DNA of 63,987 nt, the filler included, from Nitrospirota bacterium (GTDB lineage: Bacteria > UBA2233): the NCBI GenBank assembly GCA_011620345.1. It is 5 parts of 5 records of this genome, joined end to end, with 100 filler letters (N's around TTAATTAATTAA, not from the genome) between each part and the next. Parts side by side here need not be neighbours in the genome. Positions count along the whole stretch, not along the records: positions 42,412 to 55,581 come from WOZJ01000062.1; positions 55,682 to 63,987 come from WOZJ01000044.1; 3 more parts are not named here. One strand, given 5' to 3'. Position numbers and translations under genes: made by a program. Positions 48,581-58,758 of this stretch are shown here, one piece after another (positions within the stretch are counted from its first letter, which is position 1; the number at the start of each line of letters is the position of its first letter). The notes beneath the pieces are model-generated. The model saw only the letters and a program-made list of their open reading frames with translations. It did no database searches and was not told where the DNA came from.

Positions 48581-49960
48581 TTACACCTCGGCCGCGAGCT
48601 CGCCCGGCACGGCGGCCTCCCACGGAGCGGGCTCCAAGACGAGCCGCCAAACAGGGTTGGCAAGCGCCCTGTCGACGTCTTTGGCTAGCCTGATAAGGCC
48701 CTTGTAGCCCGTGTAGCCGCGCATGCGCTCTTGGTTAATGTCTAAGAACGGAATCCTGGACTTGAGCGCGGCGTACTGGTTGCGGCCGCCAGCAATCAGC
48801 ATGTCCGCCCCGCGCGTGCGGACAAGCTCTAAAAGCTCCTCTCCCGACGCTCGCGTAAGAAGAATGCCCTGATCGCCCAAAAGCTCTTTGGCCTTAGCAA
48901 TGTCTTGCTCCGTGCTCTTTCTGGTGCTCGTGGCGATCACCTCCATGCCTAAATCTTTTAGGGCCGAGATGACCGACCAGCTCTTGACCCCTCCCGTGTA
49001 GAGCACGGCTCGCTTGCCTAATAGCCGTTTCCTGATAGGCTCGAGCGTTTGGAGGGTTTTCCTGGTCATGGCTTGGGTAAAAGCGCGCGTCTTTTCAATA
49101 AGCGCGGCATCTCCTAGACGCTCGACGATCCTTAAAAGCAGCCCGTTCGTTTCTTTGAGCCCAAAAAAAGACCCTTCCACGAACGGGATGCCGTAGCGCT
49201 CCTCAAGCCCGCCTGCCAAGTTGATCAGCGCGTTCGAGCAGATCAAAACGCTTAGCTTCGCCCTGTGGGCCGTGGCAACCTCTTCAAAGCGCCCGTCGCC
49301 CGTGATTTTGGAGAGCACCCGGATGCCCAACTCGGTGAAAACCGGCAGGATGTCCCAAAGCTCGCCCGAGACGTTGTACTCGCCGATGAGCGCGATGTCG
49401 AACGGGGTTGTTTCTTTGGGCTCCCTCGTTCCGATGACGTGCTTTAAGAGCGTATCGCCCGCCACGCGCGTGCCGAGCACCTTGGAGCCCACGAACCCAG
49501 GGGCCATCACGGGGATAACGGGCAGCCCTGTTTCTCGGGACGCCTTCTTGCACACGCTCTCGATGTCCTCGCCCGTAGATGCGGGCACGCAGGTAAGGTA
49601 CACAAAAAGCGCCTTCGGGGAGTACCGCCCGGCAATTTCCAAGATCGCCCGAAAGAGCTTTTCCTCGCCCCCCATGACGATGTCGTTTTCGCTCAAATCT
49701 GTCGTGAAGGCCGTACGGTAAAGGCTGGGGCCCGAGCTTAGGCTGTTCCTCGAGCCCCAGGCGTTGCCCCAGCAGGCAATCGGCCCGTGCACGAGGTGCG
49801 CCGCGTCCGCGATCGGGACGAGCGCGATCGTAGCGCCGTCGAAAGCGCACCCGCCCGAAGACGACCCGGGCTCGGGGGCCTTCCTGCATGCCGCCTTGTC
49901 TTTTTGCTTGTGCTCGCAGGAAGGCTCGTTGATCAGCTCTTTTGCCCTTGGCACGGCCAT
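48581..49960 (-). CDS. nifE: FeMo-cofactor scaffold subunit NifE
   Basis: GGCAFDGA, HGPIAC, TCV, YTGGVKSWS, INQER. Confidence 0.95.
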   Translation of the reverse strand: MAVPRAKELINEPSCEHKQKDKAACRKAPEPGSSSGGCAFDGATIALVPIADAAHLVHGPIACWGNAWGSRNSLSSGPSLYRTAFTTDLSENDIVMGGEEKLFRAILEIAGRYSPKALFVYLTCVPASTGEDIESVCKKASRETGLPVIPVMAPGFVGSKVLGTRVAGDTLLKHVIGTREPKETTPFDIALIGEYNVSGELWDILPVFTELGIRVLSKITGDGRFEEVATAHRAKLSVLICSNALINLAGGLEERYGIPFVEGSFFGLKETNGLLLRIVERLGDAALIEKTRAFTQAMTRKTLQTLEPIRKRLLGKRAVLYTGGVKSWSVISALKDLGMEVIATSTRKSTEQDIAKAKELLGDQGILLTRASGEELLELVRTRGADMLIAGGRNQYAALKSRIPFLDINQERMRGYTGYKGLIRLAKDVDRALANPVWRLVLEPAPWEAAVPGELAAEV

Positions 49961-49969
49961 GGCTTACTC

Positions 49970-51520
49970 CTAGCGGATGAGGTCAAAAGAGATGTCGGTT
50001 TTGCCCGGCACGTCCGTTTTCCTGTCGAGCTCGTCCAAAACCGTGTTCACGACCATCGTCAGGACGTTTAGCGCGCCCTGGTAGCCCAAGATCGGGTAGC
50101 GGTGCAGATGGTGCCTGTCGAAGATGGGGAACCCGATCCGTACCAGCGGCGTGCCCGTATCCCTTTGAAGGTACTTGCCGTGCGCGTTCCCGATGAAAAA
50201 GTCCACCGGCTCGGTAAACAGCAAAGAGCGCAAATGCCACAGGTCCTTGCCCGTGTAAACCTTTCCCGAAGCACCGAACGGGTTCGAAGAGAGCATCTCT
50301 TCGGCCTCTTTGGTAAACTCCTTGTCGCCGTTCGTGCACAAAAGGTGTGCGGGCTCGGCGCCAAGCTCCATCAAAAACGAGGTCAGCCCAAGGACCAAAT
50401 CGGGGTCTCCGTAGATCGCAAAGCGCTTGCCGTGGATCCAAGCGCTGGAATCCGTCATCGCATCCAAGAGCCTCCCGCGCTCTTTTTCTAGCTCTTCGGG
50501 GATGGGCTTCCCTGTAATCTCCGAAATGGCCTCCATGAACGCGTCCGTACCCTTGACGCCAATCGGCCTGAGCGCGAGCGTCTTTTGCTGCGCCCAGTTT
50601 TGCGAGACCCACTCGAGCGTCTTCAAGGTTGAATACCGCTGGAGGGCCAGCGTGGCCGATGCGTTTTGGGCGTCCAGCGCCTCCTCGAGCGGCGTACCCG
50701 CAGGGTAGAGATGGTAATCGCCCGTGTTGGGCGAGTCCACGACGTCCGAGGTGTCGGCCAGAATGGTTGCCTCGATGCCGAAGGCCTTGAGCATCCGCTT
50801 GACTTCGCGGATGTTGGCCGGGTAGGTGTCGAACCCTGGGATAATGTTGACCTTCCCGTTCGGGCTTCCTTTGGCGCGCGCCTCGGAAAGCGCCTGCAGA
50901 ATCCCCTTGAGTATGTTGTCGTAGCCCGTTAAGTGCGAGCCCACGAAGCTCGGCGTATGGGCGAACGGAACGGGCAGGTCTTCGGGGATGGCACCCTGCT
51001 CTTTGGCATTCTTGATGAAGGCGTTTAAGTCGTCCCCGATCACCTCGGCCATGCAGGTCGTCGAGACGGCGATCATTTTGGGCTTGTAGAGCGCGTAGGC
51101 GTTCCCAAGCCCCTCGATCATGTTGCTCAACCCACCGAACACGGCCGCGTCCTCGGTCATCGAAGAAGAGACCGCGGCGATGGGCTCTTTGAAGTGCCTG
51201 GCAAAGTAGGTCCTGAAGTAGGCGACGCATCCCTGCGAGCCGTGGACGAACGGCAGCGTCCCTTCGAACCCCAGCGAGCACAAAACCGCACCCAGGGGCT
51301 GACAGGCCTTGGCCGGGTTGATGACGGCCGCCTCCCTGGCGAAGTTCTTTTCTTTGTACTCTTTGGTCTTCGTCCATTCGGAGACCTTAAGAACATCTTC
51401 TTCGCAGGGCATCTCGCTTGCGGCCCGCTTGGCCTCAAAGCTTTTTTGGTAGCGCTCCTCTTGAAAGAGCTCTACGTGGTCCTTGATGCCCAAAGGCGCG
51501 TTGGTCTTGCCGGTGTCCAT
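49970..51520 (-). CDS. nifK: Mo-nitrogenase MoFe protein beta chain
   Basis: NPAKACQPLG, HGSQGC, TTCMAEVIGDD, TPSF, FPIFDRH, FDLIR. Confidence 0.97.
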   Translation of the reverse strand: MDTGKTNAPLGIKDHVELFQEERYQKSFEAKRAASEMPCEEDVLKVSEWTKTKEYKEKNFAREAAVINPAKACQPLGAVLCSLGFEGTLPFVHGSQGCVAYFRTYFARHFKEPIAAVSSSMTEDAAVFGGLSNMIEGLGNAYALYKPKMIAVSTTCMAEVIGDDLNAFIKNAKEQGAIPEDLPVPFAHTPSFVGSHLTGYDNILKGILQALSEARAKGSPNGKVNIIPGFDTYPANIREVKRMLKAFGIEATILADTSDVVDSPNTGDYHLYPAGTPLEEALDAQNASATLALQRYSTLKTLEWVSQNWAQQKTLALRPIGVKGTDAFMEAISEITGKPIPEELEKERGRLLDAMTDSSAWIHGKRFAIYGDPDLVLGLTSFLMELGAEPAHLLCTNGDKEFTKEAEEMLSSNPFGASGKVYTGKDLWHLRSLLFTEPVDFFIGNAHGKYLQRDTGTPLVRIGFPIFDRHHLHRYPILGYQGALNVLTMVVNTVLDELDRKTDVPGKTDISFDLIR

Positions 51521-51523
51521 GCC

Positions 51524-52987
51524 TTAAGCCCTCCTCCATGGCGCCTGAATAAGACTCCAGGCGGGGTTATTGATTGCCATATCCATGTCGCGGGCGAACA
51601 CCTTGAACCCGTCGTAGCCGTGGTAAGGGCCCGAGTAGTCCCAGGAGTGCATCTGCCGAAAGGGGATTCCCATCTTTTGGAATAAGTACTTCTCCTTGAT
51701 CCCCGAGGCGACCAAATCCGGCTTGAGCGCCTTGACGAGCGCTTCCATCTCGTAGGCCGTCACGTCGTCGTAAACGACCGTCCCTTCTTTGATGTGCTCC
51801 GTGGTCCTTTGGTAGTCGTCCTTATGGCCGAACTCGTAGCCCGTGCCCATCACCTCCATCCCCAAATCCTCGAAGGCGGGGATTGTGTGCCTTGGCCTAA
51901 GCCCGCCCACGTACAAAAGCACCCGCTTGTCCTTAAGCCTCGGCTTGTAGCGCTCGGTTATCGCGCCCATCTCGGGCTCGTAGCGCGCGATGAGCTTCTC
52001 GGCATTCTCCTGGATCGTTTCGTCAAAGTGCGAGGCGATCATCCTTAGCGACTTGGCGATCATCGTGGGCCCAAAGAAGTTGAACTCTATCCAGGGCACG
52101 CCGTAGGTCTCTTCGACAAAGCGGGTGATGTAGTTGATCGAGCGGTAGCAGTGGATGAGGTTGAGCTTAGAAAACGCCATTAGGGCAAGCTCTTTGAGCG
52201 TCGCGTCGCCCGTCCAGACGCTTACGACCCTGAGCCCCATCTCTTCTAATAGAATCCTCGAGGCCCATGCGTCCCCGCCGATGTTGTAATCGCCTACGAT
52301 GGCGACGTCGTAGGGGCCGGGCTCGAAGCCCAAGTCTTTCTTGAACTGCTCGGCCTTGGGCATGATCCAGTCGCGGATCGAGTCGTTGGCGATGTGGTGG
52401 CCGAGCGATTGCGAAACGCCCCTGAAGCCTTCGCAGCGGACCGGCGTGACAGGCTTGCCCAGCTCGTTGCCCATCTTTCTAGACACCGCCTCGATGTCGT
52501 CGCCGATCAACCCGACCGGGCACTCGGATTGCACCGTAAACCCCTCGGCCAAAGGGAACAGTTCGCTTAGCTCCTTCAAGAGCGTTTCAAGCCGCTTGTC
52601 CCCCCCGAAGACGATGTCACGCTCCTGGAAGTCCGAGGTGAAATTGAGCGTTCCGAAGGTGTCCACGCCGGTCACGCCGACGTAATAGTTGCGCCTGCCT
52701 GACCATGAGTACACCCCACACCCCACTGGGCCGTGCGAAAGGTGAATCGCGTTCTTGACGGGCCCCCAGACGACGCCCTTCGAGCCCGCGTAGGCGCAGC
52801 CCCTGGCCGTCATGACGCCGGGCACGCTCTTGATGTTCGATTTGACGCCGCAGTCTTGGCTGCCCTCTTGGAACACGCCTAAGTGCTTTTGGCGCTTCTT
52901 CTTGGATTTATCCGGATACGCCTCTAGGATCTCCTCGACGAGCGCCTTGCGCTCCTTGAGAACCCCCGCCTTATCGTGCGCTCCCAT
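51524..52987 (-). CDS. nifD: Mo-nitrogenase MoFe protein alpha chain (Group I)
   Basis: [35 protein letters not shown]; no Group II insertion; ATG 52987 has a GGAGG SD. Confidence 0.97.
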   Translation of the reverse strand: MGAHDKAGVLKERKALVEEILEAYPDKSKKKRQKHLGVFQEGSQDCGVKSNIKSVPGVMTARGCAYAGSKGVVWGPVKNAIHLSHGPVGCGVYSWSGRRNYYVGVTGVDTFGTLNFTSDFQERDIVFGGDKRLETLLKELSELFPLAEGFTVQSECPVGLIGDDIEAVSRKMGNELGKPVTPVRCEGFRGVSQSLGHHIANDSIRDWIMPKAEQFKKDLGFEPGPYDVAIVGDYNIGGDAWASRILLEEMGLRVVSVWTGDATLKELALMAFSKLNLIHCYRSINYITRFVEETYGVPWIEFNFFGPTMIAKSLRMIASHFDETIQENAEKLIARYEPEMGAITERYKPRLKDKRVLLYVGGLRPRHTIPAFEDLGMEVMGTGYEFGHKDDYQRTTEHIKEGTVVYDDVTAYEMEALVKALKPDLVASGIKEKYLFQKMGIPFRQMHSWDYSGPYHGYDGFKVFARDMDMAINNPAWSLIQAPWRRA

Positions 52988-53023
52988 ATAACATGCCTCC
53001 TGTTGTTGTGTGGACAAAAAAGC

Positions 53024-53932
<909 letters not shown>

Positions 53933-55357
53933 TTACGAAACGGCCCGGTTGGCTTGCTCTTCAAGCGCCGGGATGCTGATTTTCTCCTTTGCCCAGGCCA
54001 TGAAGGCCTCTTCAATCGGGCCAATTTGACGCACGACTTCGATGCCGGCCTCCAAGAGCGCTTGCTCGGGGGCGGGCCCGATCGCCATCACAAAGAGCGC
54101 CTGAACGCCCTCGAGCGCTTTGAGGGTTCGGCTCATTTTCGTTTGGGCGCCTTCTTCTTCTTGACAGTCCGAACCCGTGGCGCAGTAAAGCTCGACCTTT
54201 CGCGCACCCAATAGCTTGAGCGAACCGTCTTCTTGAACTTCGTACACCAAGAACTCCTTGGCATGGCCGAAGTGCTCGTTGACAAGCCCCATCCCCTTGG
54301 TGGCGACGGCAATCTTGGTACCTGAAAGCGCTTTCCCCACCCGGTAGGCCTCGTAGCTTTTGATAATCTGCTCGCGTTTCATCCGGTCGGTTTCGATGCG
54401 CTGCTCTAAATGGGCATGCATCCGCTCGATCACGCCCACGTCAAAACTCTGCTCGATTGTCTCTTCTTCAAGGCAGGTGCCTTTTTCCTGCGAGGTGTCC
54501 TTGCAGAGCAAACCGGACGCATCCGCCCTGCAAAGCCTGCAGTGGCGCATGAGGTTGACGTTGGCCTCGATCTTGCTTTGGAGCGCCTCGATGGCTTGAG
54601 GGCTTGGCGAAACGACCCCCATCTTGGAAAAGGCGCTCCCGTAGCCGGGCGAGATCGCAACCGGCATGAGGTTCACAAGGAACGCGCCTAAGTTTTTGAG
54701 CTCCTTGGCGAGCTTTGGGACGTGCGCGTCGTTGACGCCCGGAATGACGACCGTGTTGACCTTGACGAGCACGTTTTCTTTGGCCAGCAGCCTCAAGCCC
54801 TCGAGCTGGTTCTCGATGAGCACTGCCGCCGCATCCTTGCCCGTAAGGCGCTTGTGGCCGTGGAACGCCCAGGCGTAGATTTCTTTGCCAATGTCGGGGT
54901 CGAGCGCGTTGATCGTGACCGTCACATGGTCGATGCCCAATTCGAGAATCTCGGGAAGAAACTCTTTGAGCCGAAGCCCGTTGGTCGAGAGGCAAAGCTT
55001 GAGCATTGGGATTGCCTCTTTAATGAGCCTTAATGTCCCAAAGGTTTTTTCTGGGTTGGCCAAAGGATCTCCAGGCCCTGCAATGCCGACGACCGAGAGC
55101 TGCGGAAGGCGCATGGCCACGGACATCACTTTTTTGAGCCCGGCTTCGGGGCTTAACAGCGTGCTTGAAACGCCCGGCCTCGATTCGTTCGCGCAGTCGA
55201 ATTTACGGTTGCAGTAGTTGCACTGGATGTTGCAGGCTGGCGCCACCGGCAAGTGAACCCTTGCGAAGTAGTGCTGAGCCTCGGGGCTGTAGCAAGGGTG
55301 GCTTTCCACCCGCTTATCGATTGGGGTCTTCTTGTATTGGCGGAGGCTCGTGGCCAT
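53933..55357 (-). CDS. nifB: Radical SAM FeMo-co biosynthesis protein NifB with C-terminal NifX-like domain
   Basis: HPC, CNIQCNYC, ESRPG, AGPGD, CRLCRAD, HFGHA. Confidence 0.96.
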   Translation of the reverse strand: MATSLRQYKKTPIDKRVESHPCYSPEAQHYFARVHLPVAPACNIQCNYCNRKFDCANESRPGVSSTLLSPEAGLKKVMSVAMRLPQLSVVGIAGPGDPLANPEKTFGTLRLIKEAIPMLKLCLSTNGLRLKEFLPEILELGIDHVTVTINALDPDIGKEIYAWAFHGHKRLTGKDAAAVLIENQLEGLRLLAKENVLVKVNTVVIPGVNDAHVPKLAKELKNLGAFLVNLMPVAISPGYGSAFSKMGVVSPSPQAIEALQSKIEANVNLMRHCRLCRADASGLLCKDTSQEKGTCLEEETIEQSFDVGVIERMHAHLEQRIETDRMKREQIIKSYEAYRVGKALSGTKIAVATKGMGLVNEHFGHAKEFLVYEVQEDGSLKLLGARKVELYCATGSDCQEEEGAQTKMSRTLKALEGVQALFVMAIGPAPEQALLEAGIEVVRQIGPIEEAFMAWAKEKISIPALEEQANRAVS

Positions 55358-55401
55358 CTTGACGCGCTCCCTGGTTTCTTCGTCTTGCTCTTAGTAATAC
55401 A

Positions 55402-55417
55402 AGCAAAGGCCATGCCA
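55402..55417 (-). promoter_or_regulatory. sigma54 (-24/-12) promoter of the nif operon
   Basis: Minus strand TGGCAT-GGCCT-TTGCT, matching TGGCAC-N5-TTGCW, about 45 bp upstream of nifB. Confidence 0.82.
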
Positions 55418-55433
55418 TCTTGCACCTCTTTCG

Positions 55434-55446
55434 ATAACGCTTGATA
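55434..55446 (-). promoter_or_regulatory. IHF-like site
   Basis: Minus TATCAA-GCGT-TAT versus WATCAA-N4-TTR (one mismatch), between promoter and upstream dyads. Confidence 0.45.
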
Positions 55447-55503
55447 CAAGGCACTTTACGGGATGTTGTACGACCACGGCCCACGACTAAGGCCGCTCCC
55501 TCG

Positions 55504-55549
55504 TGGTGATAAAACACCAACAAGGGTTTTTTATGGTGCCTCAGCACCA
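55504..55549. promoter_or_regulatory. Tandem TGGTG-N6-CACCA palindromes, candidate enhancer sites
   Basis: TGGTGATAAAACACCA (55504-55519) and TGGTGCCTCAGCACCA (55534-55549), 30 bp apart. Confidence 0.6.
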
Positions 55550-55581
55550 AACGGGGCTGTTGGGAATATAAAAGCCCGGGG

Positions 55582-55681
55582 NNNNNNNNNNNNNNNNNNN
55601 NNNNNNNNNNNNNNNNNNNNNNNNNTTAATTAATTAANNNNNNNNNNNNNNNNNNNNNNNNNNNNNNNNNNNNNNNNNNNN
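55582..55681. other. Artificial contig spacer
   Basis: N44-TTAATTAATTAA-N44. Confidence 0.99.
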
Positions 55682-55807
55682 GAGGGGACCCTTGACCCTC
55701 TTGGCATGGCCATCAACACGGAGATCTCGGCCAGCGAGCTTATGTGGTCCTTCTTTGCCGCGCATCGGCATACGCCCATTCCGACCCCTGCCCGGCCAGA
55801 AGGCTAA
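55682..55807 (+). CDS. 3' fragment of a probable PHB-depolymerase/LpqC-like esterase (not in ORF track)
   Basis: Manual translation EGTLDPLGMAINTEISASELMWSFFAAHRHTPIPTPARPEG*; xxAxxxxWxFFxxH ending typical of this family. Confidence 0.55.
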   Translation, partial: EGTLDPLGMAINTEISASELMWSFFAAHRHTPIPTPARPEG

Positions 55808-55864
55808 GGCTTTCTTCTGCCTATCTCCACGCGTACGGAGCAAGCCTAACAGATAGGTTCGGCA

Positions 55865-56470
55865 TCACGGGGCGGATTTTTCAAAAACCTGCCGCAGCCT
55901 GCCTTCTTTCAGGCTGAACATCAGTCCATAGATACGCAGGGGACAACCATTGTTCCAGGCTTTTTGAATGGTGTACGTCTGGGATAGGTTGCTCACCTGT
56001 TCAATCGTGCTGAGTTCGGCCAGCCGGTTGACGCGTCCTGCATCGTCGTTGATGGCATCGATTTCGTCCCGATGAAGACGATACAGATCACGTATATTTT
56101 TCAGCCATCCTGTGATAAAACGAAATGCAGAATGATCTGGCCCATCAAGGGCTGCCTTGACTCCTCCGCAGTTTTCATGCCCACAGATGACAACATTATT
56201 GATCTTCAATGCCTCTACAGCAAACTCGACGACGCTCAATATATTGAAGTCTGTGCTGGAGACGAGATTTGCGATGTTCCGATGGACAAAGATCTCCCCG
56301 GGCTCGGTGGCGGTTATGGTATCCACTGAAACACGGCTGTCGGAGCATCCTATCCACAGGGTATGAGGATTTTGGGCGACGGCAAGACGCGTGAAAAAAT
56401 CGCCATCTTCTCCCACCTTCCTTGCAGCCCATTCTTGGTTGAGAAGGAGCAGTTGATCAACCGTCTTCAT
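55865..56470 (-). CDS. can: Beta-class carbonic anhydrase
   Basis: WIGCSDSR, HRNIAN, CGHENCGG; start ATG 56470 after GGGGAG. Confidence 0.93.
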   Translation of the reverse strand: MKTVDQLLLLNQEWAARKVGEDGDFFTRLAVAQNPHTLWIGCSDSRVSVDTITATEPGEIFVHRNIANLVSSTDFNILSVVEFAVEALKINNVVICGHENCGGVKAALDGPDHSAFRFITGWLKNIRDLYRLHRDEIDAINDDAGRVNRLAELSTIEQVSNLSQTYTIQKAWNNGCPLRIYGLMFSLKEGRLRQVFEKSAP

Positions 56471-56888
56471 GGCATCTCCCCCAGTCAGATCATCTCCTAA
56501 ACTTGCCGGAAAAGACCGGGATGTACTTTTTGTTGGGCTTGGACGATAGCTGGCTCCAGCCGAGCCAACGAAATGAGGGCACCCCGCATGGAAAGAGTAC
56601 CGGCATCGTAGACTAAGCGCAAGCGTACCCCTGAGATACTGGAAATTGACTTCGGGAAGGGCTAGTCTCATCCCCCCAGGACATGGCATCCGCTTGCCTT
56701 GTAAGGGTAAGGCTTGTTTGCAAATCAGACAAATCGAGTTTCTTTGAAAACACTGGAGTCTGTCTCAGGAGTACTATTTGTTTTGGTGTTTCGTTACTAG
56801 GTTGGTGTCAGAGAAACGCCGGTCACGCTTTTGATAGGTTAGGGATTCGATCGGGTTTTTTCGGGCATGACTTGACTGTAAAATATTT

Positions 56889-56907
56889 AAAAATATGGTA
56901 TATTTTT
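56889..56907 (+). promoter_or_regulatory. AT-rich 8-3-8 dyad over the probable -10 of the acyl-CoA ligase
   Basis: AAAAATAT-GGT-ATATTTTT containing TGG-TATATT; TTGACT at 56872. Confidence 0.35.
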
Positions 56908-56949
56908 TCTTAAAATGAATAAGCTTTCCAAAAACCTCAAGGAGGACGC

Positions 56950-58608
56950 ATGCGCTACATTCGCGGGTTTCCCTCGACGATGATGGACGAGATTCCTTTG
57001 AACACGACGATGGTTATCGAGCACGCTGCCAAGAACTTCGGCGAACAAGAGGTCGTCTCGAGGAACTTGGACGGGAGCTCGCATCGCTACACCTACAAAG
57101 ATGCCTACGCCCGCATCCAAAAGCTTGCCTGCGCGCTCGAGGCGCTAGGCGTCGAGCCAGGCGAGCGGGTCGGGGTGATCAGTTGGAACACGCACAGGTT
57201 CTTCGAGCTCTACTTCGGCATTCCCGGGATTGGGGCCGTCCTTTTGCAAATGAACCTACGGCTGCACCCAACCGAGCTCGTATACGTGGGGAAGCACTCA
57301 AGGCCAAGGGTCATTTTTGTCGACGCTTCACTCTTGCCTTTAGCCGAGGCGATTGCCCCGCATGTTCCTGCGGAGCGCTACGTGATTATGGCGGACGGCG
57401 ATATGCCAAAGACAAACCTTCCCACCGCGCTCTCTTACGAGGGGCTCCTTGATGCCCAGCCCGCAAGCTACGACTTCCCTTTGATCGATGAAAAATCCTC
57501 CTACAGCGCCTGCTATACCTCTGGCACTACGGGCGACCCCAAAGGGGTCTACTACTCGCACAGGAGCATCGTACTGCATACAATGGCCGTTTGTTTCGCA
57601 ACGGGCCTTAAGCCCGACGATACATTCTTCCAACTCGTCCCCATGTTCCACGCCCAGGGCTGGGGGGCGTTCTTTGCGGCGGCGATGGCCGGGGCAAAGC
57701 TTGTGCTGCCTGGCCGCTACACGCTCGAAGACCCAACCCCGCTGATCGAGCTCATGCAGCATGAGCAGGTCACGCTCGCGGCCGGTGCGCCTGCCATTTT
57801 TGTCCCCATGTGGCATGCTCTCGAAAAGATGGAACCAAGGCCAAGCTTTTCGGTGCGCGCACTCTGCGGGGCGACTGAACCGCCGCTTGCGATGATCCGG
57901 GGGCTCGATGAATTCGGCATCGAGATTGTCCATGCTTACGGAGCGAGCGAGACGACGCCCTTGGTGAGCATCAACGTGATCAAGCCAAGCTTGAAGGCAA
58001 CGCTTTCAGAAGACGAGCAGCTCGATCTCAAGCGAAGTCAGGGAGTTCCGTTTTTCAGCGTCGATATCAAGCTCGCGGACGAAAACGGAAACGAAGTCCC
58101 TGAGGATGGGCACTCCGTGGGAGAGCTTCTGGTTCGCGGGCCTTGGGTGACGCAGGGTTATTACAACGACCCGAGGACGTTCGATGGGTTCTCGGGAGAG
58201 GCTTACACCCGCTACTGGCGGTCTGGAGACGGGGCGGTGATTGATGAGAACCGCTACATCAAGATCATGGATCGCTTCAAGGATGTGATTAAATCTGGCG
58301 GAGAATGGATTTCTTCGGTGGACCTCGAGAACCACCTGATGGCCCACCCTAAAGTCAAGGAGGCCTGCGTTGTAGGGATCCCACACCCCAAATGGGAAGA
58401 AAGACCGCTAGCTTTGGTGGTGGCTAAGCCTGAGTTCAAGGAAGCTGTCTCCAAAGAGGAGCTGTTAGAGCACCTTGCCAATCGCTTCGCCAAATGGCAG
58501 CTCCCCGACGAGATTGTGATTGTCGAAGAACTGCCGAAGACTTCCGTGGGCAAGTTAGCCAAGCGCGCCGCGCGTGAGGCGTACAAACGTCACTATACCG
58601 AGCGCTGA
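56950..58608 (+). CDS. Fatty-acid--CoA ligase (AlkK/DmdB-like medium/long chain)
   Basis: YTSGTTGDPKG, VPMFH, VRGPWV, DRFKDVIKSGGEWISS, LPKTSVGK. Confidence 0.9.
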   Translation: MRYIRGFPSTMMDEIPLNTTMVIEHAAKNFGEQEVVSRNLDGSSHRYTYKDAYARIQKLACALEALGVEPGERVGVISWNTHRFFELYFGIPGIGAVLLQMNLRLHPTELVYVGKHSRPRVIFVDASLLPLAEAIAPHVPAERYVIMADGDMPKTNLPTALSYEGLLDAQPASYDFPLIDEKSSYSACYTSGTTGDPKGVYYSHRSIVLHTMAVCFATGLKPDDTFFQLVPMFHAQGWGAFFAAAMAGAKLVLPGRYTLEDPTPLIELMQHEQVTLAAGAPAIFVPMWHALEKMEPRPSFSVRALCGATEPPLAMIRGLDEFGIEIVHAYGASETTPLVSINVIKPSLKATLSEDEQLDLKRSQGVPFFSVDIKLADENGNEVPEDGHSVGELLVRGPWVTQGYYNDPRTFDGFSGEAYTRYWRSGDGAVIDENRYIKIMDRFKDVIKSGGEWISSVDLENHLMAHPKVKEACVVGIPHPKWEERPLALVVAKPEFKEAVSKEELLEHLANRFAKWQLPDEIVIVEELPKTSVGKLAKRAAREAYKRHYTER

Positions 58609-58695
58609 ACCGCTAGGCGTTGCGAGGATGGCGGGCACGAGGGGCCTTGAGGGCGGAAGCGCCGCAACCGCGCCTTCTTCTCCGGCGTCTTCAAT

Positions 58696-58738
58696 GAAAA
58701 GAAGCCTATGGGGCGGTCCCGTCCGCCGCCCCATAGGC
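58696..58738 (-). terminator. Rho-independent terminator between convergent genes
   Basis: Perfect 13-bp stem GCCTATGGGGCGG/CCGCCCCATAGGC, 9-nt loop, followed on the minus strand by TTCTTTTC. Confidence 0.8.
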
Positions 58739-58758
58739 CGCGCATCCAAGGCATTGCG

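Noticed and set aside
49983-51377. 464-aa alternative-frame ORF within nifK
   Set aside because: Arg/Gly-rich shadow ORF expected from GC-biased third codon positions; no recognisable motif
56740-56860. Possible IS terminal repeat remnants upstream of can
   Set aside because: No paired inverted repeat, transposase fragment or target duplication found
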